DNA of 63,942 nucleotides, the filler included, from Caldilineae bacterium (GTDB lineage Bacteria > Chloroflexota > Anaerolineae > DTLA01): the NCBI GenBank assembly GCA_037446815.1. It is 3 parts of 3 records of this genome, joined end to end, with 100 filler letters (N's around TTAATTAATTAA, not from the genome) between each part and the next. Parts side by side here need not be neighbours in the genome. Positions count along the whole stretch, not along the records: positions 1 to 28,885 come from JBBIHX010000025.1; 2 more parts are not named here. The stretch is one strand, 5' to 3'. Both the position numbers and the translations under genes were made by a program. Under the pieces are notes generated by a model. That model had not been told where the DNA came from and made no database searches. It was given only the letters and a program-made list of their open reading frames with translations. This document shows positions 1 through 9,875 of this stretch, piece after piece; position 1 is the first letter of the stretch, and each line of letters opens with the position of its first letter.

Positions 1-93
1 AATCTCGCTGACCGAGATGCTTCGCCTTCGGCTCAGCATGACAGAGCGGGGAGGCGGCGTGCGGGGCAGACCAACACAAGACGGAACCGAGTC
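1..93. repeat. Partial MITE-like element (right part) with GAGATGCTTCGCCTTCGGCTCAGCATGAC palindromic cargo
   Basis: Nearly identical to 26770-26862 and similar to 63787-63875; ends in the right-end motif CAAGACGGAACCGAGTC. Confidence 0.8.
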
Positions 94-151
94 ATAGCGG
101 GGGCTGTTTCGAAGGTCTGTTACCGGCCGTCGTGCAAGGGCGCGGGGGACA

Positions 152-225
152 ACATGCGACGCACTTCCGGAAGTGCGTCGCATGTGAACGCCCTCACCCC
201 GACCCTCCCCCGAAGGGCGAGGGAG
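152..225. repeat. Palindrome TGCGACGCACTTCCGGAAGTGCGTCGCA followed by a CCCTCACCCC-type hairpin repeat
   Basis: Perfect inverted repeat at 152-185; the same palindrome family recurs at 16870, 21501, 26908 and 27054. Confidence 0.8.
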
Positions 226-282
226 CGGTTGCGTCAGAATCTCGCCCGGCCGTTCCCTTGCTATCCCCGTCGTGCTTGCGCG

Positions 283-1380
<1,098 letters not shown>

Positions 1381-1481
1381 GTCTATTTTCCTCCTAGTGT
1401 CTGATTTCTTGCCCCGCTACAGAGGTATAACTTGTCTAAATACCCATCGCGCCCGAATTTGCGAAATGCGCCTTCGGCGCG

Positions 1482-1599
1482 GAGTCGGTTCCAAAGTCTG
1501 TTGGTACTTGTCATTGCGAGGGCGCGGAGCGCCCGAAGCAATCTCTGGGGTGTGGGATTGCCTCGCTTCGCTCGCAATGACACAAGATGAAACCGACTC
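1482..1599. mobile_element. MITE-like element with GTCATTGCGAG...CTCGCAATGAC cargo, between the DGC gene and acr3
   Basis: Terminal inverted repeats GAGTCGGTTCCA / TGAAACCGACTC around an internal hairpin. Confidence 0.65.
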
Positions 1600-1685
1600 G
1601 TCGCCACGTATAGGAGCACGCGCAAGGGCGGTCGCGAAAGGCCGCCCCTGCGCTGTGCTTCGGGCATCTTCACCCTGACCAGGCG

Positions 1686-2066
1686 CTAACCCTCGCGAAC
1701 CGCCCTCAGGATTGCTTCCACCGCAGCCCCCAAATCCGCCTCTGTGTACTCCATCGGCGGACCCTTCTTGATGCCGCAATCGTTCACCAGGGTGATCGCG
1801 CGGCTGGGCTTGAACCCCGCCTGCTCCACGATCTTGCGGGAGCAGTTGAGCGGGCAGCCGTCCAGGGTGATGATGCGCTGCGCCGCGCGCGGCTTGTCCA
1901 TCACCGATTGCGCTTCGGTCGGCAATCCGCCCAGGCAGAAGACTCCCGCCTCGCCCGGCTCGGTGCGGCGAATGGCTTCCAGCGCGGCAAGCCCGGTCAG
2001 CGTGCCCACGTTGGACATCCCGCCGAAGCAGACGAATAGCGCGTTCTTGGGCACATTGTTGTTCAT
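1686..2066 (-). CDS. DGC-domain putative zinc-binding protein
   Basis: CFGGMSNVG, FCLGG and ITLDGCPLNC motifs; start set at MNNNVPK after RBS AAGGAG. Confidence 0.8.
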   Translation of the reverse strand: MNNNVPKNALFVCFGGMSNVGTLTGLAALEAIRRTEPGEAGVFCLGGLPTEAQSVMDKPRAAQRIITLDGCPLNCSRKIVEQAGFKPSRAITLVNDCGIKKGPPMEYTEADLGAAVEAILRAVREG

Positions 2067-2095
2067 CGGGCGCTCCTTGTGGTGTAGGCAACGCG

Positions 2096-2335
2096 CTATT
2101 GGGCCTCTTTTAGCCAGGCGATGATCTCTTCCTTGCGGGGAATGCGCCCCGAAGACTTCAGGACCTCGTTGATGACCAGCCCGGGCGTCCCCAGGATGGG
2201 ATAGGCCATGATGTCCTGGATGTCGGTTACCTTGACGAACTCCGCCTGGATGCCCGCGTCCTGCGCCGCTTCGCGGGCCACGCGTTCCAGACGCTGGCAG
2301 TTGGGGCACCCCGTGCCCAGAATCTTGATTTCCAT
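2096..2335 (-). CDS. Small redox-active disulfide protein (thioredoxin-like)
   Basis: MEIKILGTGCPNC (CxxC) and TPGLVINE; RBS GAGGAGG; typical of ars clusters in anaerobes. Confidence 0.9.
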   Translation of the reverse strand: MEIKILGTGCPNCQRLERVAREAAQDAGIQAEFVKVTDIQDIMAYPILGTPGLVINEVLKSSGRIPRKEEIIAWLKEAQ

Positions 2336-2378
2336 GAATGGACCTCCTCGTGAAGATTGGGATGTAAACGTCTTGGGA

Positions 2379-3854
2379 CTATTCAGTTCCATGCGCCGGC
2401 GCCGTTGCCACGCGGCGGTTGCGCCGGTCTATCACCGTCAGGGCCAGGGCCAGTGCGCCGATGGCCGCCGCCAGGTACGCGAGCAGCACCCACGCGCTGG
2501 CGCCGTCCACCCACGCGCCGTAGATGAGGCCCGACAGCGTGCTGAACAGGGCCACCAGCGCCACATACGTCCACGCCTTCTTCGGGCCGATGATCTTGGA
2601 TGTGATGAGAATGCTCTGGAGCGAAAGTTCCGGGTCTGCCATCAGATAGGCCAGAAGCGGCCCGCGGTGCATGCCCAGGTCCAGGAACATCTTGGCAATG
2701 GGTACCTCCACCAGCGTGGGGAAGTACATGAAGACGCCGAAGAAGACGCCCGCGAAGGCTCCCAGGAACGTGTTCCTTCCGGCCAGCGCCTGTATCCACT
2801 CCGGCCGGATGACGCGGCGCACCATGCCAACCACAAAGACCCCCACGATGAGCAAGGGGAAAATCTGGCGCACAAATCGCCACGTCTCCCACAGCCATTC
2901 CTGGATGTCGTAGGGGTCAAACGCCTTCCACGCGACGAGGGCGATGGCAACCATGGACAGCGCGACGCCGAACATCTTGCCCGTTAGCAGGATGTCCAAG
3001 CCCCCGGCGTGGGGCACCATCCCGACCGCCGCGGTGAGGAACGTGAGGGCGATGAGGCCCAGCGACACCCACGTCCAGCGGTTGAACCCTTCGTCCACCT
3101 TGCCCAGGCCGCGCCAGGCCGTTAGCCCCATGAGCGCCAGCAAGCCGATGAGGATCGCCCCCTGTGCGGAGACCCCCTCCTCGCCCTTCGCCCCGTCAAA
3201 CGGCACCAGTTGGTACAGAAAACTCTGGAACCGATCCATGCCGCTGATGGGGAGCGTGATGGTGGCGTAGGAATTGGTCAGCAGCCCCACCTTCAGCGTG
3301 CCGGCGATGAGCAGCGCAACCAGGAGCAGCAGGAAGATGAGTGTCTTGCGGTGCAGCGTAGCCTTGACGTCCATCCCGTTGGTTTCCAGGTCGTGCTGGG
3401 CGTCATCTTTGCGGAAGATGAGCGCCATGATCATGCCGATGCCGATGCCGAAGGTAACGGACAGGATGATGCGCGCCAGGGCGATGTCGCCGCCGATGGC
3501 CACGCCCGTGTACGCGAGGGCCAGGATGTTGCCCGCCGGCGCGAAGAAGAGGAACGTCATGGCGGGACCGAGCCCGGCGCCCTTGCGATAGATGCCCGCG
3601 AACAGCGGCACGATGGTGCATGAGCAGACGGCCAGCACGCTGCCGGCCAAGGCGGCGGCTGGATACGAGATGTACTTGGGCGTGTTGCGGCCTAGGAAGC
3701 GCGTAACGGCTTCCTTCGGCACCAGGGCCGTCAGCGCGCCCGCGATGAAGAAAGCGGGCAGCAGGCACAACAGAACGTGAGCCGCGAGGTAAGAAGCCAG
3801 GTTGCCCAAACCTGACTGCAACAGATACACGGCATACTGCAATGCTTCTGGCAT
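2379..3854 (-). CDS. ArsP/DUF318-family permease
   Basis: HVLLCLLPAFFIAGA, LAVCSCTIVPLFAGIY, MYFPTLVEVP motifs; multi-TM. Confidence 0.85.
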   Translation of the reverse strand: MPEALQYAVYLLQSGLGNLASYLAAHVLLCLLPAFFIAGALTALVPKEAVTRFLGRNTPKYISYPAAALAGSVLAVCSCTIVPLFAGIYRKGAGLGPAMTFLFFAPAGNILALAYTGVAIGGDIALARIILSVTFGIGIGMIMALIFRKDDAQHDLETNGMDVKATLHRKTLIFLLLLVALLIAGTLKVGLLTNSYATITLPISGMDRFQSFLYQLVPFDGAKGEEGVSAQGAILIGLLALMGLTAWRGLGKVDEGFNRWTWVSLGLIALTFLTAAVGMVPHAGGLDILLTGKMFGVALSMVAIALVAWKAFDPYDIQEWLWETWRFVRQIFPLLIVGVFVVGMVRRVIRPEWIQALAGRNTFLGAFAGVFFGVFMYFPTLVEVPIAKMFLDLGMHRGPLLAYLMADPELSLQSILITSKIIGPKKAWTYVALVALFSTLSGLIYGAWVDGASAWVLLAYLAAAIGALALALTVIDRRNRRVATAPAHGTE

Positions 3855-3931
3855 GAACGCCTCCCAATCTTCTGTGAATGACCCAATGGCGGTAGGCTAA
3901 CTGCGATGTGGCCCCCTGGCCGTGAGGAATC

Positions 3932-3975
3932 ATTCAGTTTTCTGAATATTCTATGCATGTCGGCGCATTTGTCAA
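3932..3975 (-). promoter_or_regulatory. Sigma70-type promoter with overlapping inverted-repeat operator (ArsR/SmtB-like) for the ars cluster
   Basis: Minus strand TTGACA-16-TAGAAT immediately followed by ATTCAG-AAAA-CTGAAT (3932-3947). Confidence 0.65.
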
Positions 3976-3993
3976 ATCCGCACCCTCCGCGCG

Positions 3994-4022
3994 TTGCCAA
4001 GTTGCGGAACTTGGTGTATACT
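3994..4022 (+). promoter_or_regulatory. Putative dnaN promoter
   Basis: TTGCCA-17-TATACT, divergent from the ars promoter. Confidence 0.55.
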
Positions 4023-4063
4023 GTGCGCACACAGACTCGCAGACCATGAAGGAGGGCGACCGA

Positions 4064-5197
4064 ATGAGAGTCTCCTGCCTGCAAGACAACCTCGCGAAGG
4101 GCCTTTCCATCGTCCAGCGCGCGGTCCCAAGCCGCTCGTCCCTTCCCATCCTGGGCACCATCCTGGTGGCGACCGACGGCCCCCGCCTGAAACTGGCGGC
4201 CACCAACCTGGAAATCGGCATCAACTGCTGGATCGGCGCCAAGGTAGAGGACGAAGGCGCGGTGGCCATTCCGGCGCGCCTGCTGGTGGACTTCGTCAAC
4301 TCGCTCCCTCCCGAGCGCATTGAGATGGACCTGAACGTGCGCACGAATACCCTGCACCTGAAGTGCGCGCGGTTTGAAGCCAACATGAACGGCATGGACC
4401 CCTCCGACTTCCCCGTGATCCCTGCGCCGGAGGAGAACAACCGCGTGTCCATAGATGCCGACGTCCTCCGCGATGTCATTCGGCAGGTTACCATCGCCGC
4501 CGCCACCGACGAGAGCCGGCCTGTGCTGACCGGCGTCTCCGTGACGATGGAGGGCGACCGCGCCACCTTTGCCGCCGCCGATGGGTTCCGCCTGTCCGTG
4601 CGGAGCGCGCCCCTCAAAGCGGCTGCCCCGGCGCCCACGACGTTCATCGTCCCCGCCCGCGCCCTGGACGAACTGGCGCGCATCGCCACGGATCAGGAAG
4701 ACCCGGTGGAACTATGCATCCCGGAGGGGCGCAATCAAATCCTGTTCCACCTCAGCAGTGTGGACCTGGTGTCGCAACTGATAGAGGGCCGCTTCCCCGA
4801 CTACAAGGCGATCATCCCCCGCACGTTCACGACGCGCACGGTCATGAACACGGGCGAACTGTTGCAGGCCGTCAAGACGACAAACATCTACGCCCGCGAG
4901 GCGTCCAACATCGTGAAACTGCGCATCGTCCCGGCCAATGACCTGGCGCCCGCGCACGTGGAACTGAACGCCACCGCCGCGCAGGTGGGCGACAACGTGG
5001 GCGAGGTGGACGCGACGGTGGAGGGAGAGGGGCTGGAGATCGCCTTCAACTCGCGCTACCTGATAGATGTCCTGTCGGTCATCTCTGAGGCGCAGGTGGC
5101 GCTGGAGACCACGACACCCGCCAGTCCGGGGGTCATCCGCCCCGTGGGGTCCGACGACTTCGTGCACGTCGTGATGCCCATGCACATCACGCAATAG
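4064..5197 (+). CDS. dnaN: DNA polymerase III beta sliding clamp
   Basis: ATNLEIGI, DESRPVLTGV, AADGFRLS, LIEGRFPDY, IAFNSRYLID, VVMPM; RBS GGAGG before MRVSCLQ. Confidence 0.97.
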   Translation: MRVSCLQDNLAKGLSIVQRAVPSRSSLPILGTILVATDGPRLKLAATNLEIGINCWIGAKVEDEGAVAIPARLLVDFVNSLPPERIEMDLNVRTNTLHLKCARFEANMNGMDPSDFPVIPAPEENNRVSIDADVLRDVIRQVTIAAATDESRPVLTGVSVTMEGDRATFAAADGFRLSVRSAPLKAAAPAPTTFIVPARALDELARIATDQEDPVELCIPEGRNQILFHLSSVDLVSQLIEGRFPDYKAIIPRTFTTRTVMNTGELLQAVKTTNIYAREASNIVKLRIVPANDLAPAHVELNATAAQVGDNVGEVDATVEGEGLEIAFNSRYLIDVLSVISEAQVALETTTPASPGVIRPVGSDDFVHVVMPMHITQ

Positions 5198-5223
5198 GAC
5201 ACCGCACGCCGCGCGGCGTTATT

Positions 5224-5301
5224 CGCCGCGGAGACGCAGAGCGCGCAGAGAAAACATCCTGAATTCTTCTACCCTCTGCGCCCTCTGTGCCCCTGCGGTG
5301 A
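5224..5301. repeat. CGCAGAG/CTCTGCG-type imperfect palindromic repeat
   Basis: CGCCGCGGAGACGCAGAGCGCGCAGAG ... CTCTGCGCCCTCTGTGCCCCTGCGGTG; same family as 18608-18780. Confidence 0.65.
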
Positions 5302-5386
5302 GTTTACACTCCTTGCCGCGCGGCTTTTGTATTGCCGCCCGCCAGTGCTATAATCCTCGCAAGAACTGCCTACGGAGACAAGCCTT

Positions 5387-6598
5387 TTGCGCCTGAAACG
5401 ACTGACCCTGGTCAACTTCCGGAACTACAGCCGCCTGGAGATCGGCTTTGACCGCCCCCTCATCGTGCTGCAGGGGGACAACGCCCAGGGGAAAAGCAAC
5501 CTCCTGGAAGCGATCTACATGCTCGCCACCAGCAAATCGCCGCGCGCCACCAGCGAACGCGACCTGCTCAACTGGTTCGCCGACAGCGACCTCCAGCCCT
5601 ACGCCCGCATTGACGCCGAGATTGAGCGCGGCGAGCGCACCGAGCGCATAGAAATCACCGTCCTGCAGACCAACGGCGGGGCCAACGGCCCGACCGCCCG
5701 CAAGCAGATTCGCATCAACGGCGTGCCCCGTCGGGCGCTGGACCTGCTGGGCCACCTGAACGTGGTGCTGTTCGTGCCGCAGGATGTGGAACTGGTGGAC
5801 GGAAGCCCATCGGTGCGGCGGCGCTATCTGGACATCATGCTGTGCCAAATCAATCCGCGCTATTGCCGCATGCTGAGCGAATACACCCACGCCGTGGTGC
5901 AGCGCAGCCACCTCCTGCGCAGGCTGCGCGAGCGGGCTGGCGACCCCGCGCAGTTGACGTACTGGGACGAGGTGCTCGCCAGCAGAGGGGCCGAGGTGAT
6001 GGCCTGGCGTCGGCGGGCCGTCGTCGCGCTGGACCACCTGGCCGCCGCCACCCATCGCGAACTCACCAACGGGGGCGAGTTGCTCCGCATCACATACCGG
6101 CCCAGCCTGCCGCTCCCCGAGGCGCTTCAGCCGCCCCTGGGCCTGGAACTCGCCGTAGCGCCTGACGAGGTCGCGGGGATTCAAGCCCTGTTCACCGAGC
6201 GCCTGGCCCGCCTGCGCCCCGCCGAACTGCACCAGGGCGCCTGCCTGGTGGGGCCGCATCGGGACGATTTTCGGTTCCTGGCGAACGGACGCGACCTCCA
6301 GACCTTCGGGTCGCGCGGGCAGCAGCGCACCGCGGCCCTCTCGCTGAAGATTGCCGAGACGCACCTCATGCGCTCGGAGACGGGGGAGCATCCTGTCCTC
6401 CTGCTGGACGATGTCCTGTCCGAATTGGACAGCAAGCGCCGCGACTGCCTGCTGGAAGCGGTGAACGGCGTAGAGCAGGCGATTCTCACAACCACCGATT
6501 TGGCGCTGTTTCCGGCGGAGTTCCTCGCGCGGGCCGACTCCCTGCAGGTAACCGAGGGACGCATCCGGCGGCTAACGACGGGGAGCGAGTCCGAATGA
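5387..6598 (+). CDS. recF: DNA replication/repair protein RecF
   Basis: NFRNY, GDNAQGKSNLLEAI, GPHRDD, GSRGQQR, LLLDDVLSELD; TTG start with TGCTATAAT upstream. Confidence 0.97.
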   Translation: MRLKRLTLVNFRNYSRLEIGFDRPLIVLQGDNAQGKSNLLEAIYMLATSKSPRATSERDLLNWFADSDLQPYARIDAEIERGERTERIEITVLQTNGGANGPTARKQIRINGVPRRALDLLGHLNVVLFVPQDVELVDGSPSVRRRYLDIMLCQINPRYCRMLSEYTHAVVQRSHLLRRLRERAGDPAQLTYWDEVLASRGAEVMAWRRRAVVALDHLAAATHRELTNGGELLRITYRPSLPLPEALQPPLGLELAVAPDEVAGIQALFTERLARLRPAELHQGACLVGPHRDDFRFLANGRDLQTFGSRGQQRTAALSLKIAETHLMRSETGEHPVLLLDDVLSELDSKRRDCLLEAVNGVEQAILTTTDLALFPAEFLARADSLQVTEGRIRRLTTGSESE

Positions 6599-7182
6599 CC
6601 CCAGGGAGCAACCGCACCGAAGCCGAGGATATCGCCCTCCTGAGGGAGATTCGCGCCTTCGCGCGCGACCTCCAGCGTGCCGTGGCCCGGACGGCGTCGC
6701 AGGGGGCCGACGCGCGCCGCCGCGTCTCGGATTCGCCGGCCCGCGACCTGCTGGACGCCAACCTCGCTTGGGTCAAGCGGTTCCTGCTGGCCGACGCTCA
6801 GGCGCACCCCAAGTCGCCCGAGGACACCGGCCGCGAGGTCTACGCGCTGTGGCTCTTCGCGGCGTACATGGCGACCTACCAGGGGCTGTCGGTGCTGGAC
6901 ACCGACTTTGACGCGCTGTTTGAGTTCTTCTTCTGGTGGTACCCGCGCCAGTGCGCCGAAGCAAGCGCGGCGCTCACGGAGACGCTGTTCGGGGCGTTGC
7001 AGGCGTTCTTTCACTTCGCGGTGGATGAAGGGGCGCTGGCAGACACCCAGGCCGTGGACGACTTCTGGGCATACCGAGGCGACGCGCTGCGCCTCCTGGC
7101 GCTGTACGAGCAACTGGACCCGGATTCGCCCTATTTTGAAGAGCAGTTTGAGGCGCTCTTCGGCCTGGACCTGCCCGAGTGA
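6595..7182 (+). CDS. Hypothetical helical protein, translationally coupled to recF
   Basis: ATGA overlap with the recF stop; GC-rich codon pattern; ALQAFFHFAVDEG resembles recombinase core-binding helices. Confidence 0.65.
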   Translation: MTPGSNRTEAEDIALLREIRAFARDLQRAVARTASQGADARRRVSDSPARDLLDANLAWVKRFLLADAQAHPKSPEDTGREVYALWLFAAYMATYQGLSVLDTDFDALFEFFFWWYPRQCAEASAALTETLFGALQAFFHFAVDEGALADTQAVDDFWAYRGDALRLLALYEQLDPDSPYFEEQFEALFGLDLPE

Positions 7183-7189
7183 GGCGGGG

Positions 7190-7933
7190 CTACTTCAGCG
7201 GGCGCTTGGCGGGAATGCCCGGCCTGCGAGGATAGGCTTCGGGGGTGCTGGCAATCTTCCGCACGATGACCAGGCGGCGCTCCTCCACCAGCCCCGGCAA
7301 AGCGATCTTGATGATCTTCGCCAACTCCCCGCCCAGGATGCGGAATGCCCGCTCGGCCTGCGCCACCTCCGCCTCCGCCGTCTCACCCTTCATCGCCAGG
7401 ACGTAGCCGCCCAGGCGCGCAAACGGGAGCGTCAGTTCGGCCAGGGCCGGCATCTCGGCGACGGCGCGCGCCGCTACCCAGTCGTACTGCTCGCGGTGCG
7501 CCGCGTCTTTGGCCCAATCCTCCGCACGCCCGTGGAGAATCTCCAAATCGCCCAGCCCCAGCACCTGGCGCAGGTGCTCCAGGAACCGCACCTTCTTGCC
7601 CGTGGCCTCCAGGAGCGTTACCCGCCAGTGCGGGCAGACGATCCTCAGCGGGATGCCTGGGAATCCGGCGCCGCTCCCCACGTCCAGGAGTCGCAGCGGT
7701 GTGGCCCCTCGCGGAGCCTGCCCCAACATGGCGCCCACTTGCCGCATGGCGACGAGGCATGTCAGCGAATCCAGGAAGTGGCGAATCTCTATGTGTTCTT
7801 CCTGCGTAATGGCGGTCAGGTTGAACCGTTTGTTCCATTCCAAGAGTTCGCGGCGATAGGTCTGGAACGCCTGGACCTGCCTCGGCGAGAGGCGAATCCC
7901 CAGTTCTGCCGCATGGCGCACGAGAAGGTCCAC
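7190..7933 (-). CDS. rsmG: 16S rRNA m7G527 methyltransferase
   Basis: WNKRFNLTAI, HFLDSL, LDVGSGAGFPGIPL, GRAED, YPRRPGIPAKRPL; GTG start after CAGGAGG. Confidence 0.95.
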   Translation of the reverse strand: MDLLVRHAAELGIRLSPRQVQAFQTYRRELLEWNKRFNLTAITQEEHIEIRHFLDSLTCLVAMRQVGAMLGQAPRGATPLRLLDVGSGAGFPGIPLRIVCPHWRVTLLEATGKKVRFLEHLRQVLGLGDLEILHGRAEDWAKDAAHREQYDWVAARAVAEMPALAELTLPFARLGGYVLAMKGETAEAEVAQAERAFRILGGELAKIIKIALPGLVEERRLVIVRKIASTPEAYPRRPGIPAKRPLK

Positions 7934-7955
7934 ACTGCCCTCCTGTAGAGCCGCC

Positions 7956-9356
7956 TTACAGTTCCACCGTTTCGCCAGGCGTTGGCACGCGCACGTCGGG
8001 CACGCCCATCGCCCGAATGGCCTCGGCGAGGGAAAGGGATGCTGCTTCCTCGCCGTGGACGATGAACACCCTGCGCAGCCCTGTCCGCTGCACCTGCCGC
8101 ACGTAGCCCAGCAGTTCATCGCGGTCGGCATGGGCGCTGTAGCCGTCAATGGTCTCAATCGCCGCGCTGACTTTGTACTCCTCGCCGAAGATTCGGACGC
8201 GCTTCCACCCGTCCACAAGTTTGCGGCCCAGGGTGTTCTCGGCCTGGAATCCCACGAACAAGATGGTGTTGCGGGCGTCCTCTATGTTGTTCTTCAGATG
8301 GTGCAGGATTCGCCCCGCCTCGCACATGCCCGACGCGCTGATGATAATCGCCGGCTCCTTCAGCGCGTTGAGCGCCTTGGACTCCTCCACGTCGCGGACG
8401 TACTTCAGGCGGCGGAAACCGAACGCATCGTCCACATCGGCGCGCTCAATGAACGCATTGATTTCGCGGTCGTAGCATTCGGGGTGCAGGCGGAAGATTT
8501 CGGTAACGTTCACGGCCAGTGGGCTGTCCACGAAGATGGGGATATCGGGAATGCGGCCCGCCAGCGCCAGCCGGTGCAGGGCATACACCAACTCCTGCGT
8601 GCGCCCCACGGCGAAGGCGGGGATGATGACCTTGCCGCCGCGATGGGCCGTGTTGAGCACGACGCGGCGCAGTTGCTCCTCGGCATCCGCGGGGGTGTCG
8701 TGCGTGCGATTGCCGTAGGTGCTCTCCAGAATTAGGCAATCCACATCCTGCACCACGTAGGGATCGCGAAGGATGGGCAGATTGGGCCGCCCCAGGTCGC
8801 CGCTGTACACGATCTTCATCGCGCGGCCGTTCTCGCGCACGGCGATCTCCACCATCGCCGAGCCGAGGATATGCCCGGCGTCGCGAAACGTGGCGGTGGC
8901 CCCGTCGGCCAGCGGGATGGGCCGGTTGTAGCCCACGCCCGCGAAGTGTTCCACGGCACTCAGCGCATCCTCGTGGGAGTAGAGCGGGGCCAGCGGCGGC
9001 TCGCCCTTCCGCGCGCGCTTCTTGTTGACGTAGGCCACATCGGCGGCCAGCACGTGCGCCGAATCGCGGAGCATGGCGCTGCACAAATCCACGGTGGCGG
9101 GCGTCGCGTAGATGTGTCCCGCAAACCCCTCCCGCACCAGCGTGGGCAGGTTGCCGCTGTGGTCAATGTGCGCGTGCGAAAGGAGCACCGCATCCACATC
9201 GGCCGGCCTGAACTCAAAGCGTTGGTTGCGCTCAAAGAAGTCTTGCCGCCTGCCTTGAAACAGGCCGCAATCCAGGAGCACGGTCTTGCCGTTCACGTCT
9301 AGTCGGTGTTTGGCGCCGGTTACGCTGCGTACCGCGCCCAGAAATTGTATCTTCAT
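7956..9356 (-). CDS. MBL-fold beta-CASP RNA-metabolising metallohydrolase
   Basis: LDCGLFQG, SHAHIDHSG, AGHILGSA, ESTYG, SASGMCEAGRILHHL, YSAHAD, VHGE. Confidence 0.92.
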   Translation of the reverse strand: MKIQFLGAVRSVTGAKHRLDVNGKTVLLDCGLFQGRRQDFFERNQRFEFRPADVDAVLLSHAHIDHSGNLPTLVREGFAGHIYATPATVDLCSAMLRDSAHVLAADVAYVNKKRARKGEPPLAPLYSHEDALSAVEHFAGVGYNRPIPLADGATATFRDAGHILGSAMVEIAVRENGRAMKIVYSGDLGRPNLPILRDPYVVQDVDCLILESTYGNRTHDTPADAEEQLRRVVLNTAHRGGKVIIPAFAVGRTQELVYALHRLALAGRIPDIPIFVDSPLAVNVTEIFRLHPECYDREINAFIERADVDDAFGFRRLKYVRDVEESKALNALKEPAIIISASGMCEAGRILHHLKNNIEDARNTILFVGFQAENTLGRKLVDGWKRVRIFGEEYKVSAAIETIDGYSAHADRDELLGYVRQVQRTGLRRVFIVHGEEAASLSLAEAIRAMGVPDVRVPTPGETVEL

Positions 9357-9389
9357 CTCGCCTCGGCGTTTGTCGGGTCTGTGCGCGCT

Positions 9390-9418
9390 ATTATCCCAGA
9401 GAAGGCCCCTTCCGTCAA
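9390..9418 (-). promoter_or_regulatory. Putative promoter of the MBL-rsmG operon
   Basis: Minus strand TTGACG-17-GATAAT. Confidence 0.55.
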
Positions 9419-9875
9419 GCCCAAGCGCGACACGTTGTGCTTCGGCGAGGGCGGGTACACAATCCCTTGTGCTTAACGATAACGAGTCTTAAAACTCGGT
9501 GGGTTCGCAGTTTTAACACGATTTGCCCTTCCTAAAATCCGCAACCTGGTGTATCATGTAACCGCCGTAGAGATGGGCGGCAGGGGGCCTTCCAGGGAGA
9601 TGCTGGCGGGTGAGCGCGAACCCCGCAGCAGGCACGCGCAGACACAAGGCCGAACAAGGGTGTTCGCGTCCCCAAAAGCCGAAGGTGAGTCGCCCTCTCC
9701 ATTACCCGGTTCAACTCCTTCACAATCTTTGCCCGTGGTTTGCCGAAAACCGAATAGGAACTTCCCTGACCCCACCGGGCTCATGGAACTCTCAGCGGGC
9801 AGGCTGGCCCGGCGGGGTGTGGTTTCTTGCACCCTTTGGCCGGAACACAACCAACACTCTTCATAGCGCGTCCAT

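Noticed and set aside
9357..9875. Confident oriC call
   Set aside because: No DnaA boxes close to TTATCCACA seen; only a mild AT-rich patch
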